From Octopus vulgaris (lineage: Eukaryota): a stretch of DNA of 64,000 nucleotides. The position numbers and the translations under genes are program-made. A model generated the notes under the pieces. It saw only the letters and a list, made by a program, of their open reading frames with translations, was not told where the DNA came from and did not search any database. Positions 13,099-26,949 of this stretch are shown here, piece by piece. Position 1 is the stretch's first letter. Every line of letters begins with the position of its first letter. The stretch covers positions 23,994,001-24,058,000 of the forward strand of contig OX597837.1 in NCBI GenBank assembly GCA_951406725.2, given 5' to 3'.

Positions 13099-15003
13099 GT
13101 TTAGCGTCCGCTTTCCATGCTAGCATGGGTTGGACGGTTCTACTGGGGTCTGTGAAGCCAGAAGGCTTCATCAGGCCCAGTCAAATCTGGCAGTGTTTCT
13201 ACGGCTGGATGCCCTTCCTAACGCCAACCACTCCGTGAGTGTAGTGGGTGCTTTTTACGTGCCACCCGCACAGGTGCCAGACATGAAGAGTATTTCGCTA
13301 TGAAATAATACCTCAGTAATATATTCACCTAACACTATGCTTACATGAAAAGCAAGCAAGCAAACAAACCAAAATATGTAGGCGTAGGAATGGCTGTGTG
13401 GTAAGAAGTTTGCTTCCCAACCACATGGTTCCAGGTTCAGTCCCACTGCGTGGCACCTTGGGTAAGTGTCTTCAACTTTAGCCTCAGGCTGACCAAAGCT
13501 TTGTGAGTGGATTTGGGTAGACGGAAACTGAAAGAAGCCCGTCGTATATATGTGTATAAATACATATGTGTGTGTGTGTGTGTGTGGAGGTGCAATGGCC
13601 CAGTGGTTAGGGCAGTGGACTCGTGGTCGGAGGATCGCGGTTTCGATTCCCAGACTGGGCATTGTGTGTGTTTATTGAGCGAAAACACCAAAAAGCTCCA
13701 CGAGGCTCCGGCAGTAGGTGGTGGCGACCCCTGTTGTACTCTTTTGCCCCAACTTTCTCTCACTCTTTCTTCCTGTTTCTTGAGTAACATTGCAATGGAC
13801 TGGCATCCCATCCCGCTGGAGGAAACACATACACCACAGAAACCGGGAAACCAGTCCGATAAGCCTGGCTAGGCTTGAAAAGGGCGCATAAAAAAAAATG
13901 AAATAAAATATATATATGTGTGTGTATATGTTTGTGTGTCTGTGTTTGTCCCCCTAACATTGCTTGACAACCGATGCTGGTGTGTTTATGTCCCCCATAA
14001 CTTAGTGGTTCAGCGAAAGAGACCGATAGAATAAGTACTAGGCTTACAAAGAATAAGTCACGGGGTCGATTTGCTAAACTTAAAGGCAGTGCTCCAGCAT
14101 GGCTACAGTCAAATGACTGAAACAAGTAAAAGAGTAAAAAAGTAAACTAACACATACATTTAGTATGTGTGGCCAATAATGTTTATTACACTGCTTCTAA
14201 TTCATATTTGAATTAATTCTTACATATACATCACTGAGGTATGCCAGCAAATGGATTTTACTCTTTTTGTATTTAGTCATAGGCTGGTGATCCAGGCTGC
14301 CCCTGGTTCAACTCAGGTACATGATGCTGATAAGCCACAAAAATAGCTAAATGGGATATGGGACAAGTTGTCAATACAAGTCTCATCCTTTCTCCCTCTC
14401 TAGCAGCAGACAATGAAGCTAGCTCCCCCATGCAAAGAATCCTTATAACCAGAATGTATTTTCCTGCAACAAACTAATAACATGTGTAATACACAAACAA
14501 ACATGACAATGTAGTTTATCTTATATTGTAATGATATTATAAACAGTGGTGCATTATAAATAGGCACAGGAGTGGCTGTGTGGTAAGTAACTTGCTTACC
14601 AACCACATGGTTCCAGGTTCAGTCCCACTGCGTGGCACCTTGGGCAAGTGTCTTCTACTATAGCCTTGGGCAGACCAAAGCCTTGTGAGTGGATTTGGTA
14701 GATGGAAACTGAAAGAAGCCCGTCGTATATATGTTATATATATGTGTGTGTTTGTGTGTCTGTGTTTGTCCCCCTAGCATTGCTTGACAACCGATGCTGG
14801 TGTGTTTATGTCCCCGTCACTTAGCGGTTCAGCAAAAGAGACCAATAGAATAAGTACTGGGCTTACAAAAAATAAAGGTGGTGCTCCAGCATGGCTGCAG
14901 TCAAATGACTGAAACAAGTAAAAGAGTAAAGAGTGGCCATCTTCATAATTAATATTGTTGCTCTGTCATTCATTTCTCCAATGCATCATCATCATTCAAA
15001 CTT
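11648..15003. repeat. Inverted segmental duplication: arms 11648-12288 and 14372-15003, ~2.1-kb spacer
   Basis: Both arms contain unique flanking sequence plus a SINE A with the same internal deletion. Confidence 0.92.
13379..14145 (+). mobile_element. SINE family A with SINE family B (13585-13900) nested in its central microsatellite
   Basis: Order is A head, (TG)n, complete B copy, then A tail. Confidence 0.8.
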
Positions 15004-15158
15004 TCAGGTGTATTAACATCTAGCACTTTGAAGGAGTCATCCCCACAGCACTAAATTGCAGCAAAAACATTGTGCATGTGCAGTCGATGATGTTTGCTAC
15101 ACTAATTCTGCATCTAATTCGTAATTGAAATGAATTAACATTGTACATCAGAAACTAT

Positions 15159-15385
15159 ACTCTTACTCTTTACTTTTTTACCTGTTTCAGTCATTTCACT
15201 GTGGCCATGCTGGAGCACCGCCTTTAGTCGAGCAAATCGTCCCCGGGACTTATTCTTCATAAGCCCAGTACTTATTCTATCGGTCTCTTTTGCCGAACCG
15301 CTCAGTGACGGGGACGTAAACACACCTGCATTGGTTGTCAAGCAATGCTAGGTGGACAAACACAGACACATAAACATATACACAC

Positions 15386-15431
<46 letters not shown>

Positions 15432-15594
15432 GACAGGCTTCTTTCAGTTTCCGTCTACCAAATCCACTCACAAGGCATTGGTCAGCCCGAGGCTATAGTA
15501 GAAGACACTTGCCCAAGATGCCACGCAGTGGGACTGAACCCGGAACCATGTGGTTGGCAAGCAAGCTACTTACCACACAGCCACTCCTGCGCCT
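15159..15594 (-). mobile_element. SINE family A
   Basis: Full-length match to the family. Confidence 0.85.
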
Positions 15595-16267
15595 GATTTT
15601 GTTTCTGTAATTTCTGAATGCCAGATGTGTAGGCTCTTTTCCTATCCTCAGTGCAGCCCCGTCTAAAGGCATGGACACACTTGGTAGCTGCCCAGAAGCC
15701 TTATGAGTGTAGGGTCTCAATCCTGATCTATGTTGTGGTTTGCTGTCAATAAAAAAATACAATAGAGCCTGGTGCAATGATTTGTCCTGGGGTCAATGAT
15801 ATTGTTAAAATGGCTATGCCTCAATTTCCATTGAAAACTTGTCCATTGTCTTTTTTTTTTTTTTTTTTTGCTGGGTGGTTAAAATATTTGACATAAAGCT
15901 GAATAAACTTGGTCTGCTGAAGTTTCTGAGTTTAGCTTCCACAAAACAGCAGTTTTTCACCAGAAAAAAAAATTCTTTGAATCAATGGCCACAGTAAAAA
16001 TAGCCATAAAACTGGCATAATGGTGTGCTTGAACAGTCTGTGAGCTTGTTATAGTACATGCTGTTGTATTTCTGATCTCCTCAACTGCAATGATTGACTA
16101 TCAATCCTGTTTAGAATTTTCTGCAGAAATTAGGAAAATGGACAGAGTAAAGAATGAGACTAAATAAAACGAATTGTTATGGTATTCTTTTATCATTATT
16201 TTACTTATCTCCTCAGGGTGACACAAACCTTGTGAGTAGATTTAGTAGACAGAAACAGAAAGTCTGT

Positions 16268-16565
<298 letters not shown>

Positions 16566-17134
16566 GGGGGAAATAGAGATAGATAGAAACATACATATGT
16601 GTGTGCATTGTGTCTTCTTGTCTTGATATTTCGTAATGGTTGTAAATGATTGTCATACAAGCAATGGCATTCATTTCCAGTATTATGCAAGAATGTGTTA
16701 GGCCATGGGGAAATATTACCTTGAAACAGTTGAAGGTTGGGGATAGGAAAGGCAGCCGATTAAAGAAAGTCTGCCTCAATAAATTCTGTCAGACCCCTAC
16801 AAGCTTTGAAAAGTAAACATTAAAATAATATTGATGATGATGATGATGATGATGACAATGATGATGCTGATGATGCTGATGAGGAGGAGGACCATTTACA
16901 ACCAGCAAAAAGTGAGATGGCACTGTTTTCATACAGCTTGTTTTCTGGATTGATTATTTGCTCATTTTAGTCTCAGCTGCATTATCTCAGAACTCACTGA
17001 ATATAGAAATTCCAGATGTTTTTTTTGTTTTTTTTTCAGTGATCATACTAAGTAAAATTTCCATTTTTAATTTTGCTTTTAAGCAGTTGTTCATATATTA
17101 AGCACCTGGCCAAACTTTTGATTGCTGAAGCATG

Positions 17135-17330
17135 GAATCACGCTCAGAGTTGCTGAAGCATGGAATAAACTGACTGCGTCAGTTGTTGACTGCCATGACG
17201 CTGCATCCTTTAAGGCCCTCGTGCTTTCCGAAATCTGCCGAAACTACACCTGATTATATATACACTTTAGATGAGTTGTAGTGCACCTGAGCACTGTACA
17301 CAATTATTATTATTATTATTATTATTATAA
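17135..17330 (+). mobile_element. CR1-like LINE 3' end with (TTA)n tail
   Basis: RVAEAWNKLTASVVDCHDAASFKA resembles the CR1 ORF2 C-terminus (RVxxxWNxLP). Confidence 0.55.
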
Positions 17331-17565
17331 GGAGGCGCAATGGCCTAGTGGTTAGGGCAGCGGACTTGCGGTCGGAGGATCGCGGTTTCGATTCCCAGAC
17401 CGGGCGTTGTGTGTGTTTATTGAGCGAAAACACCTAAAAGCTTCATGAGGCTCCGGCAGGGATGGTGGTGGTGATCCCTGCTGTACTCTTTCACCACTCT
17501 AAAGGCGGTGTTCCAGCATGGCCGCAGTCAAATGACTGAAACAAGTACAAAAAAAAAAAAAAAAA
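17331..17565 (+). mobile_element. Chimeric SINE: family B head fused to family A tail
   Basis: B sequence up to ...ctttcaccact, then ctaaaggcggtgttccagcatggccgcagtcaaatgactgaaacaag (A tail). Confidence 0.75.
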
Positions 17566-17639
17566 ATTATTATTATTATTATTATTGGGTTATTTAGCAA
17601 AAATAAATGGAATCAATAACATCCATCCAGCCATCTTCT

Positions 17640-18260
17640 CCACCACTGTCCTTAGGAAGGTCATGGGAATAGAGTCCTTATGCACCTCCTGCAAAGGGTC
17701 CTATCAGAAGCAACTGTCATAATACTTTCTTACAGAATTCCCATATATGACCTACCTGAGTCTATGGATATTATCGAACCATCTCCTGCTGGTTGTTGAG
17801 GGTAGAGTCCTCAAGCACCTCCTCCATATGGTTTTATCAGAAGCAACCATCATAATACTTTCCTAGTGAATTCTCAAATGTGATCAAATAAGACAACAGA
17901 TATTATCCAACTCTCTCGTTTTTAATCTACCCCCACATCTCCTGCTGGTCATGAAATTAGAGCCCCCAAGCATCTCCTCCATAGGATCTTCTTAGAAGCA
18001 AACATCATAATATTTTCCTGCTGAATTCCCAAATGTGGCCATATATGACTATGGATATTATCTAATCATCTCTTTGGTAGTCTACCACCACTTCTGCTTA
18101 TCGTGAGGGTAGAGTCCTCAAGCACCTCTTCCATAAGGTCCTATTAGAAGCAACCATCATAACACTTTCCTGCTGGATTCCCAAGGGTGACCAACTGAAA
18201 CTAAGGATATCATCCAACCATCTTATTTTTGGTCTACCCCTAGCTCTCCTGTCGGTTAAC
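17640..18260. repeat. Degenerate tandem repeat, ~135-155-bp unit, 4 copies
   Basis: Recurring tagagtcctcaagcacctcct...agaagcaaccatcataatactttc at about 17670, 17803, 17958 and 18109. Confidence 0.8.
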
Positions 18261-18825
18261 TCAGCTTCAAGAATCTATCTTGTGGTTCTTTCCTCTGGAA
18301 TTCTAATCATTTACCCATAGTACCAGAACGGTGACTTCTCATTGAGGAAAAGTAGTGACTCAGCCTAGAATGGTTCCTAGATCTTTGGAAAATATAATTA
18401 CAATAAAACATGTTCACATGTGACAACACATTTTCTATTAGACAGTGGTAACTATAATAGTCAACATTGGTGTCTTTAGTAGTTAGTATAGTTAGTACAG
18501 TTGGCTACAGTTGTTATTTATTTCTAAGTCAGCTCTGATAGGAAAAACTTGTGATTGAAGGCATTCCAACCATGACCACCCAAATTCTTCCCACATTCCA
18601 CCTAAACTTACAGAGTCGGTAGAAAGATATTTAGTTGTTATTTCTAGTTTGTCAAATGACCAGGTAGAACCTCCCTTCTCCTTCATTGGTACACAGTAGT
18701 TAGTATTGATTACTGTAGTACTTGGTATAGATAGTTATAATAATTTGTATTGATGGTTATAGCAATTCGTATTGGTTGTTATAATTGTCTTGTCTATAGT
18801 AGTTTGCATTGATAACTATATATTA

Positions 18826-19015
18826 GTGTCTGGGGAGAGTCATTCTCTTTTAGTGCCTTATTATTTAACACACCGGTTTGATTTCCATGACTATTGGAAA
18901 GGTTGCAAGACACAATGAAAATTTTAGGAAAAATAAATAAATAAATGAGTGGAAACTTTACCCATAAGTGTGTTAAATAATAAGACACTAAAAGAGAATG
19001 ACTCACCCCAGACAC
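18826..19015. repeat. Inverted repeat, 48-bp arms, Penelope pseudo-LTR-like
   Basis: gtgtctggggagagtcattctcttttagtgccttattatttaacacac and its near reverse complement at 18968-19015. Confidence 0.75.
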
Positions 19016-19079
19016 AACAAAATATACTTCAACACACAAACTCACATAAAGAATCTTGCAAACCAAATCCAAAAACGAA

Positions 19080-19625
19080 GTATATATTGGTGATTATGAC
19101 AGTTAGTATTGGTGGCTATTGTAGTTAGTATGGCTAGTTATAATAGTATGGTGGCATAGTAGTTACTATTAATAGTTACAATACTTAGTATTGGTAGCTA
19201 TAGTAGTTAGTATTGGTAGTTATAATAGTTAGTATTGATGGTTATAGCAGTATTGATTACAGTAATAGTTAGTATTGGTAGTATAATGTCAGTATCGGTG
19301 GTTATAATTAATATTGATGATTAGTAGTACTAGTGGTTATTGTACTAGAGATCACTGTAGTATTTATATTAGTTATAATGATACTAGTAGTTATAATAGT
19401 ATTGATTGTTATAGAGGTTGGTATTGGTAGTTGTATTGATTGTATGGTAGTTAGTATTGATGGCTGTGCCTGTTAGTAATGATGGTTGTAGTAGTTGGTA
19501 TTAAGTGGTTATAGTAAGTATTTCTGATTATAATAGCTTGTATCTATGGCTACAATATTTAGTATTGGTAGCTAAAATATTATTGGTAACTAAAATAGTT
19601 GGTATTTATGATTAATAGTAGTTTG
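19080..19625. repeat. Degenerate low-complexity repeat (tagttagtattggtagttataa-like)
   Basis: Recurrent ~20-22-nt motif. Confidence 0.7.
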
Positions 19626-19842
19626 TACTGGAGGTTATGGTTGTTGTTGTTGTTAACCCCAGGTAAGCCCTGCTTGAGTATTCTTATGGTCAAAGACACT
19701 CCAGGCATGACCCTCTATTTTTCAGAGTATCTATGGCTATATAACTTTGTAATATGTAAGATGGTGAAGTCCAGTTTGATGAGGATTTGATTTCTATTTC
19801 TAGCAGCTCATGTAACTTCATAAAGACTCTCTATTTATTATA

Positions 19843-20232
19843 CTTTTTACTCTTTACTCGTTTATCATTTGACTGTGGCCATGCTGGAGCACCGCCTTTA
19901 GTCGAGCAAATAGACCCCCAGGACTTATTCTTTGTAAGCCCAGTACTTATTCTATCGGTCTCTTTTGCCGAACCGCTAAGTTATGGGGACGTAAACACAA
20001 CACCATCAGTTGACAAGTGATGTTGGGGGGACAAACACAGACACACAAACATATACAAACACATACATATATATATATATTTATATATATATATATACAT
20101 ATATACGATGGGCTTCTTTCAGTTTCCATCTACCAAATCCACTCACAAGGCTTTGGTCAGCCCAAGGCTATAGTAGAAGACACTTGCCCAAGGTGCCACG
20201 CAGTGGGACTGAACCCGGAACCATGTGGTTGG
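19843..20232 (-). mobile_element. SINE family A, 5'-truncated
   Basis: Family match. Confidence 0.8.
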
Positions 20233-20867
20233 TCTCCCTGTGTAACATAGAATCACAAGGCTGGTTTCCTGGTTCCCATGAAATGAAGTGTTTTACTCAA
20301 GAATACACGTCACCCAACCCAGGAATCGAAACCACAATCTTACCATCATAAGTCCAACACCCTAACCATTTAGCCACATGCCTCCACATTGGTTATAGTA
20401 ATTAGTCTTGATGGTTGTTAGAATAATAACTTTTGATGGTTATAAATGGTGTAAATAATTGTTATCAATGACTAATGTAGTTTGTAGTTGTCATTGTTGC
20501 TATTACCTCTGCTAGCGACAAAGGTATTTTGGGGAGGTAGTAGGGTTCCTTATAGTAAAGGGTAGATTGTACAATGCTTGTGTTCAAAGTGTAATGCTGC
20601 ATGATTCATGCAATGTGGGCTTTGAATGTAGAAGACTTGTGAAAACTAGAAAGAACTGATAGATGTGTTGTGCTTAGTGCACATGAACGCTTGAGTACAA
20701 ATGAGTGAAGAGAAAAACTGGGTATAAGAGGAATTAACTGCAGTGTACAAGAGATGCTGCTGTGCTGACATGAGCATTCAGTGCATTTGGAAGTTGACTG
20801 TTGCATTAGAAAATGCCAAGCACTCCAAGTTAATGGAATCTGTGGTAAGGAAAAAACCAAGGAAGAC

Positions 20868-21289
20868 TTAACCCTTTCATTACCAGCACAGCTGAAACCA
20901 GCTCTGGCTGTATAAGTTTTGAATTAAACTCTTCCCTCAAACCTTGGTCACAATTTATGTTCCTAACAGTAACTTAATGATAACTAAGTTATTTTTCTAA
21001 ATTCTTTGTTATATTTAACCCTTTCATTACTGTATTTATTTTGAGATGTTCTGTATTTCTTTCAATTATTTTAAATATAACAAAGAATTTAGTAAAATAA
21101 CATTAAGTTAGTGTTAGGAACATAAATTGTGACTAAGGTTTGGTGGAAGATTTTAACTCTAAATTTATGAAAACAAGACATTTGTACTCAGAGCCAGAGC
21201 CGGTTTCAGCTGCGTTGGTAACGAAAGGGTTAAAGTAACTGAAAGAGACACAGAGCATCTCAAAATAAATACAGCAATGAAAGAGTTAA
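20868..21289. mobile_element. Self-nested TTAA MITEs (inner 21015-21233 in opposite orientation) inside an RTE fragment
   Basis: TTAA|CCCTTT...AAAGGG|TTAA for the inner copy; outer copy TTAACCCTTT...AAAGAGTTAA. Confidence 0.8.
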
Positions 21290-21726
21290 GAGGAAGTGGT
21301 GAAAGCTGACTTGTTGCAGCTTGATGAGATGACAAAGGGCCCTACAGATTGTCAATACGAGATACAACACAAGACCCATCTGCACATGGCAAAATATATA
21401 CCCAGACACAAGGGTGATGTTTAGAAGCTGAAATATTTTGCACCTTGCCAAATCTACAGGGTGTCCGTAAATTAGCTTTGCAATTTGAAAAATTCAGAAA
21501 AAAAAAGAAAAAATAAAGATAACTTAGCAGAGTTTATTGGAAAACATAGACCAAACATAAACAAGCACTAGCATGGCTGTGTGGTAAGAAGCTTGCCTAC
21601 TGACCACATGGTTCTGGGTTCAGTCCCACTGTCTTGCACCTTAGGCAAGAGTCTTCTACTATAGCCTCAGGCTTATGAAGCCTTATGAGTGGATTTGGTA
21701 GACAGAAACTGAAAGAAGACCATCAT

Positions 21727-21775
<49 letters not shown>

Positions 21776-22399
21776 CACACACACACATGCACACGCATAT
21801 GTGTATCATTGTGTCCCCCCACCATAAATTGACAACTGATGTTGGTGTGTTTACATCCCCATAACTTAGCAGTTCAGCAAAAGAAACCGATAGAATAAGT
21901 ACTAGGCTTACAAAGAATAAGTTCTGGGTTCTATTTCTTTGATTAAAACCCTTTAAAGCAGTGCTCCAGTATGGCTGCAGTCAAATGACTGAAACAAGTA
22001 AAAGAATAAAACAAAGTTTTATTAGAAACATAAAAAAAACACTTTGACAAGAGTTCCATTGGTTGTGTGTGTGTGTGTTTGTGTTTGTTCTCCTCCACTG
22101 CTTGACAAGTGTTGGTTTGTTTACATCCGTGTAACTTAGTGGTTTGGCAAAAGAGAGTAATAGAATAATTTGTTTGATCAAACCCTTCAGCGCAATGCCC
22201 CAGCATGACCACAAGCTAATCACTCTAACAAGTAAAAGAGAAAAGATGTGACTGTGTGATAAGAAACTTGCTTCCCAACCACATGGTTCCAGGTTCAGTC
22301 CCACTGTGTGGCACCTTAAGCAAGTGTCTTCTTCCCATCATAGCAAGTTTTACACTTTGATATCTTAATAATGCTCCTACTTCTTTCCTTCTGTTTCAG

Positions 22400-22474
22400 G
22401 GTGAAGTTTGCCATGCTCTTGAAGAACTGGATGGTGAAAAGAAATTCCAGGTCGATAAATGGGAAAGAAACGAA
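22400..22474 (+). CDS. CPOX: CPOX internal exon (GEVCHALEELDGEKKFQVDKWERNE)
   Basis: Pyrimidine tract + ttcag acceptor, GAA|gtaaga donor, 75 nt. Resembles human '[25 protein letters not shown]'. Confidence 0.92.
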
Positions 22475-23019
22475 GTAAGATTTAATAAATTTCGTCTGAT
22501 GAGTAATATTGGTTTCAGATTTTGACACAAGGTCAGCAAGTTGTGGGGAGATACGACAGGTCAATTACATCGACCCCAGTGTTCAACTGGTACATATTTT
22601 ACTGACCCCAAAAAGATGAAAGGCAAGGTCAACCTCAGCAGAATTTGAAGACAGATAAAATGCTGCTAAGCATTTTGCCTGGCTTGCTAATGGTTCTGCC
22701 AACGAGCCACCTTGATCTTTTCTTAGTATTGGTTCCAAATTTTGGTGCAAGGCCAAAATTTTTATATCCTTTCTATACCAGAATTAACCTTAAACATGAG
22801 CAAGAAGCTATTGATTCTGTTATTAATGCTTCCATTGGTGAGCTGGTTGAATCATTAGCATGCTGGACAGCATGCTTAGCAGCTTTCTTCCAGTTTTATG
22901 TTCTGAGTTCAAATCCTGCCAAAGTCAGTTTTGCTTTTCATCCTTTCAGGGTAAAATAAATACCACTCATATACTGGGGACAATGTAATTTCATACCTTG
23001 TGCCTAGAGCAGAAAGGAT

Positions 23020-23343
23020 TGTTCAGCGTCGCCTTACTGGCACTTGTGACGGTGGCACATGAAAAAACATTTGAGCAAGGTCGTTGCCAGTGCCACTGGA
23101 CTGGCTCTTGTGCAGGTGGCATGTAAAAAACACCTTTTGAGCATGGCTGTTGCCAGTACCATCTGACTGTCCCTCGTGCCGGTGGTATGTAAAATCACCC
23201 ACTACACTCTCGGAGTGGTTGGCATTAGGAAGGGCATCCAGCTGTAGAAACTGGTGCAGCCATCTAGTTCGCCAATCCTCAGTCAATTCGTCCAACCCAT
23301 GCTAACATGGAAAGCGGATGTTAAACAACGACGACTATTATTA

Positions 23344-23392
<49 letters not shown>

Positions 23393-24305
23393 TTGAACTG
23401 GAAATATGGTTAGCATGACAGAAAAAATGCTTGGCAGTGTTTCTTGTGGTTTTATGCTCTGAGTTCAAATCCTGCTGAGATTAACTTTGCCTTTCATCCT
23501 TTCAGGATTGATAAAATAAGTACTAGTTGAGCACTAGCGTTGATGTAATTAACTAGCGCCACCCCCACCCCCCAATTCCTGGCCTTGGGCCTCTGGCAGA
23601 ATCATTATAGCGCACTGAGCAAAATGCTTAGCAGTGAGCTGGCAGAATCGTTAGCACGCCGGTCGAAATGCTTCACGGTATTTCGTCTGATGCTACATTC
23701 TGAGTTCAAATTCTGCTGAGGTCGACTTTGCCTTTCATCCTTTCGGGGTCAATGAAATAAGTACCCGTTACGCACTGGGGTCGATATAATCGACATAATC
23801 CGTTTGTCTGTCCTTGTTTGTCCTCTCTGTGTTTAGCCCCTCGTGGGTAGTAAAGAAATAGGTATTTTGTCCAATTTTGCATTCTGATTTCAAATTCTGC
23901 CAAGGTCAACCTTGCTTTTCATCCTTTCGGGGTTGATAAAATAAAGACCAGTGAAACACTGGGTTGATGTAATCGACTTAATCCCCTCCCCCAAGCTGCC
24001 CTTGTGGAAAAAATTTGAAATCATTATTATTATAATTACTATTTTTATTATTATTATTATTATCATTATTATTATTATTATTATTATTAAAGCAGTGAAC
24101 TGGCAGAATTGTTAGTATGCCAGGTGAAATGCTTAACAGTATTTCATCTGTCGCTACATTCTGAGTTCAAATTTCACCGAGGTCAACTTTGCCTTTCATC
24201 CTTTCGGGATTGATAAATTAAGTACCAGTGAAATACTGGGGTTGGTGTAATCAACTATTCTCCTCCCCCAAAATTCCAAGCTTTGTGCCTATAGTAGAAA
24301 AGATT
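23020..24305 (+). mobile_element. RTE tail followed by a cluster of tandem SINE family C copies separated by (TTA)n
   Basis: Repeated gagttcaaattc...gcctttcatcctttcgggg core at about 23460, 23700, 23890 and 24160. Confidence 0.75.
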
Positions 24306-24991
24306 ATTATTATTATTATTATTATGTTTGACTTTTGCTTTACATTTGTACAAGTTGGCTCCTAGTCTCACCCAGAGACCTCAAGAGACAACAGGCTGAA
24401 AGTTCATGTTGTTGTTATGCCTAGTGTGCCATATATTTGGTTTTGTATATAGTGTTGTACTAGTGAATGTCTAAAAAAAACCATACGAAAATTATTTTTG
24501 TTTTAAAATTTGAGATTACATAGAAAGTATTTTGCGTAGGATATGAGCAGTTCCCATGAGCACTATCTTTTGAATTTCTGCCATTTTGGGGTTTCCTGGT
24601 ATCTGAGTTAGGTAGCAATCAGCCCCTTTTGCTATCATTCCCAGAGCACCTATGACAACAGGTATTGTTTTAGTCTTCAGGTTCCACATTTTGCTGATTT
24701 CTATTTCAAGATCTTTATATTTGCTCAGTTTTTGGTAGGTCTTTACAGATACATTTATATCAATTGGGACAGTCATATCAATGAGGAGGCATGTTCTTTG
24801 TTTGAAGTCTTTCAATATGATGTCTGGCCTATTTGCATCTATCTTTCTGTCAGTTTGAATGGGGTGTTCCAGAGGAGTGAGATGTGGTCATTTTCAAGCA
24901 CTGGAGATGGTTTGTGTTCCCACCAGTTTTTTTCATGGGGCAAATCCAGGTTTTTGCAGATTACCCAGTGAATATATTGTGCAGCTCTTTA

Positions 24992-25033
<42 letters not shown>

Positions 25034-25172
25034 GTTTGACTTTTGCTTTATATTTGTACAAGTTGGCTCCAAGTCTCACCCAGAGACCTCGAGAGACAAC
25101 AAGCTGGAAGTTCATGTTGGTGTTATGCCTAGGGTGCCATATATTTGGTTTTGTACTTAGTGTTATATATCA

Positions 25173-25239
<67 letters not shown>

Positions 25240-25240
25240 A
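24305..25240 (-). mobile_element. R4/Dong-like non-LTR retrotransposon 3' fragment (restriction-like endonuclease) in (TAA)n, plus a second 3'UTR-only copy (25030-25170)
   Basis: WWEHKP..LLWN..IQTDRKIDANRPDIILKD..CLLIDMTVP..KLSKYKDL..IPVVIGALG (PD..D RLE motif), flanked by (TAA)n. Confidence 0.85.
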
Positions 25241-25899
25241 GTGGTAAGTTGGTAGAATTGTTAGCATCACAGGACAAAATGCTTAGCAGCATTTTTTCCA
25301 GCTTTACATTCTGAGTTCAAATTCCACCAGTGAAACTTTGTCTTCCACCCAACAAAATTTAAGGCCTTGTGCCTATTGCTGTTGTTGTTGTTGTATGATT
25401 TTGTGAATACATTAGTCTTTCTTGTCAGCTTCCTACACCACATCTGTGATGAGACTAGAACAGAGACATTATTTCAGGAAATTGCATTAACGGAATTAGT
25501 GTGATCAGCTCCTTCTTTTCCAAACTAATCTTTCTATAATTTATTCTTCATTGTGATTAAAATGATTAGTGAAAAACCAATTAAAATAATTAAAATTTAA
25601 TTTTTAATTGTAGATTACCTCATTTTTAAAAACATTTTTTTTCCCTGCTTTATTATATTATATTATATTTTACTTTATTTATTCATTTATGTATGTTTTT
25701 TGTTTTTTTTGTAAATATCTGATGCTAAAATACCAAGTGCCAATCTGCTCTCAGGCTGCTGAAGTATTGTTTTGTTTCATTTTTTTAATTTTTTTAATCT
25801 TTTTTTAACAGATCCTTTGTGATTTTTTTTTAAACATTATATCATTAGAGTTCTCTTCCTATTGTACATCATTTCAATTTTCCTTCATTTCAAGCCACT

Positions 25900-25900
25900 C

Positions 25901-25954
<54 letters not shown>

Positions 25955-26560
25955 GTTATTATTATTGTTATTATTATTATTATTATTATCGTTATTATTA
26001 TTATTATTATCATTATTATTATTATTATTATTGTTGTTATACAGTTTCCTCTTATCAACACTTATAGCTGATATTGTGTGTCCTCTAAGACAGAGATAGA
26101 CTCATCAGCCACAATCAGTGATGGTTAAGTCACGTGGTAGGTCATCAGCAGGGGTTGGCTATATGAAGTAGTAGTCGTAATTGTCATGCATGCCACCATC
26201 ATCATCACTATCATCATCATCATCGTTGTTGTCATCATCATCATGACCACTATTACCACTGCTATTATCACCACCACCACCACCTTCATCTTCATTACTG
26301 ACATTATCATTGCTGTCGTTACCGTCATGAACATCATCACCACCAACACCACTACCATTGTTATCATCATCTTCAGTATCATCATCATCACCATCATCAT
26401 CACCACTGCCGTCACCATCACCACTACTACCCTGTTGATCATCATTAACAGCCTTGCTGTCGCTATCATCATCATCATCATCATCACTACCACTGCTATT
26501 GTCATTATCATCACAACCATCTCCATCAGCATCATCATCATCGTCCCACATCATCCCTAA
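25900..26560. repeat. (TTA)n and degenerate (CAT/CAC)n microsatellites
   Basis: Directly visible. Confidence 0.9.
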
Positions 26561-26949
26561 TATATCCCTAGAGCATCTATTTATTAATTTTCTCCCACTT
26601 CAGCATCACTAAATTACAATCTCCTATGTATCAACCAACTTCCTCTGTTTTGTTTTATTCTAATATTTCCCTACAGTGTCTGCCACACACCAGTAATAAC
26701 ACACACACACACACACACACGCACGCACATGTGCACACACACACACACACACATGCGCACACACACACACATGCACACACACATGCACTAATCAGGCATA
26801 CCTCAAATTACATTGGTAATTGGTTCTAAGGTGTGTGACTAAGCTCAAAAAGCAACATAGCTAAAAAAAATCATTTTAAAACTTCATTGATGACCTTCCA
26901 CCTACAACAGAACAGAATTGTTACCCTAAAACCACCTTAGCAATGCTTG

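Noticed and set aside
13150-13180. CTGATGA-agcc-ttct-ggct on the minus strand (also ~54310-54330)
   Set aside because: Variant of the RTE tail with no GAAA or stem III.
15780-16140. Possible Helitron PIF1 remnant here and a hAT transposase remnant at 34050-34860
   Set aside because: Only faint motif resemblance by eye; needs a profile search.
26065-26112. Other hammerhead-like starts (also 30078-30160, 43600-43630, 18890-18930)
   Set aside because: GAAA and the cleavage triplet are missing or too degenerate to support a call.
26125-26560. Asp-rich and Met/Val-rich ORFs resembling acidic matrix proteins
   Set aside because: Degenerate (CAT)n microsatellite, open in several frames, no splice or domain support.
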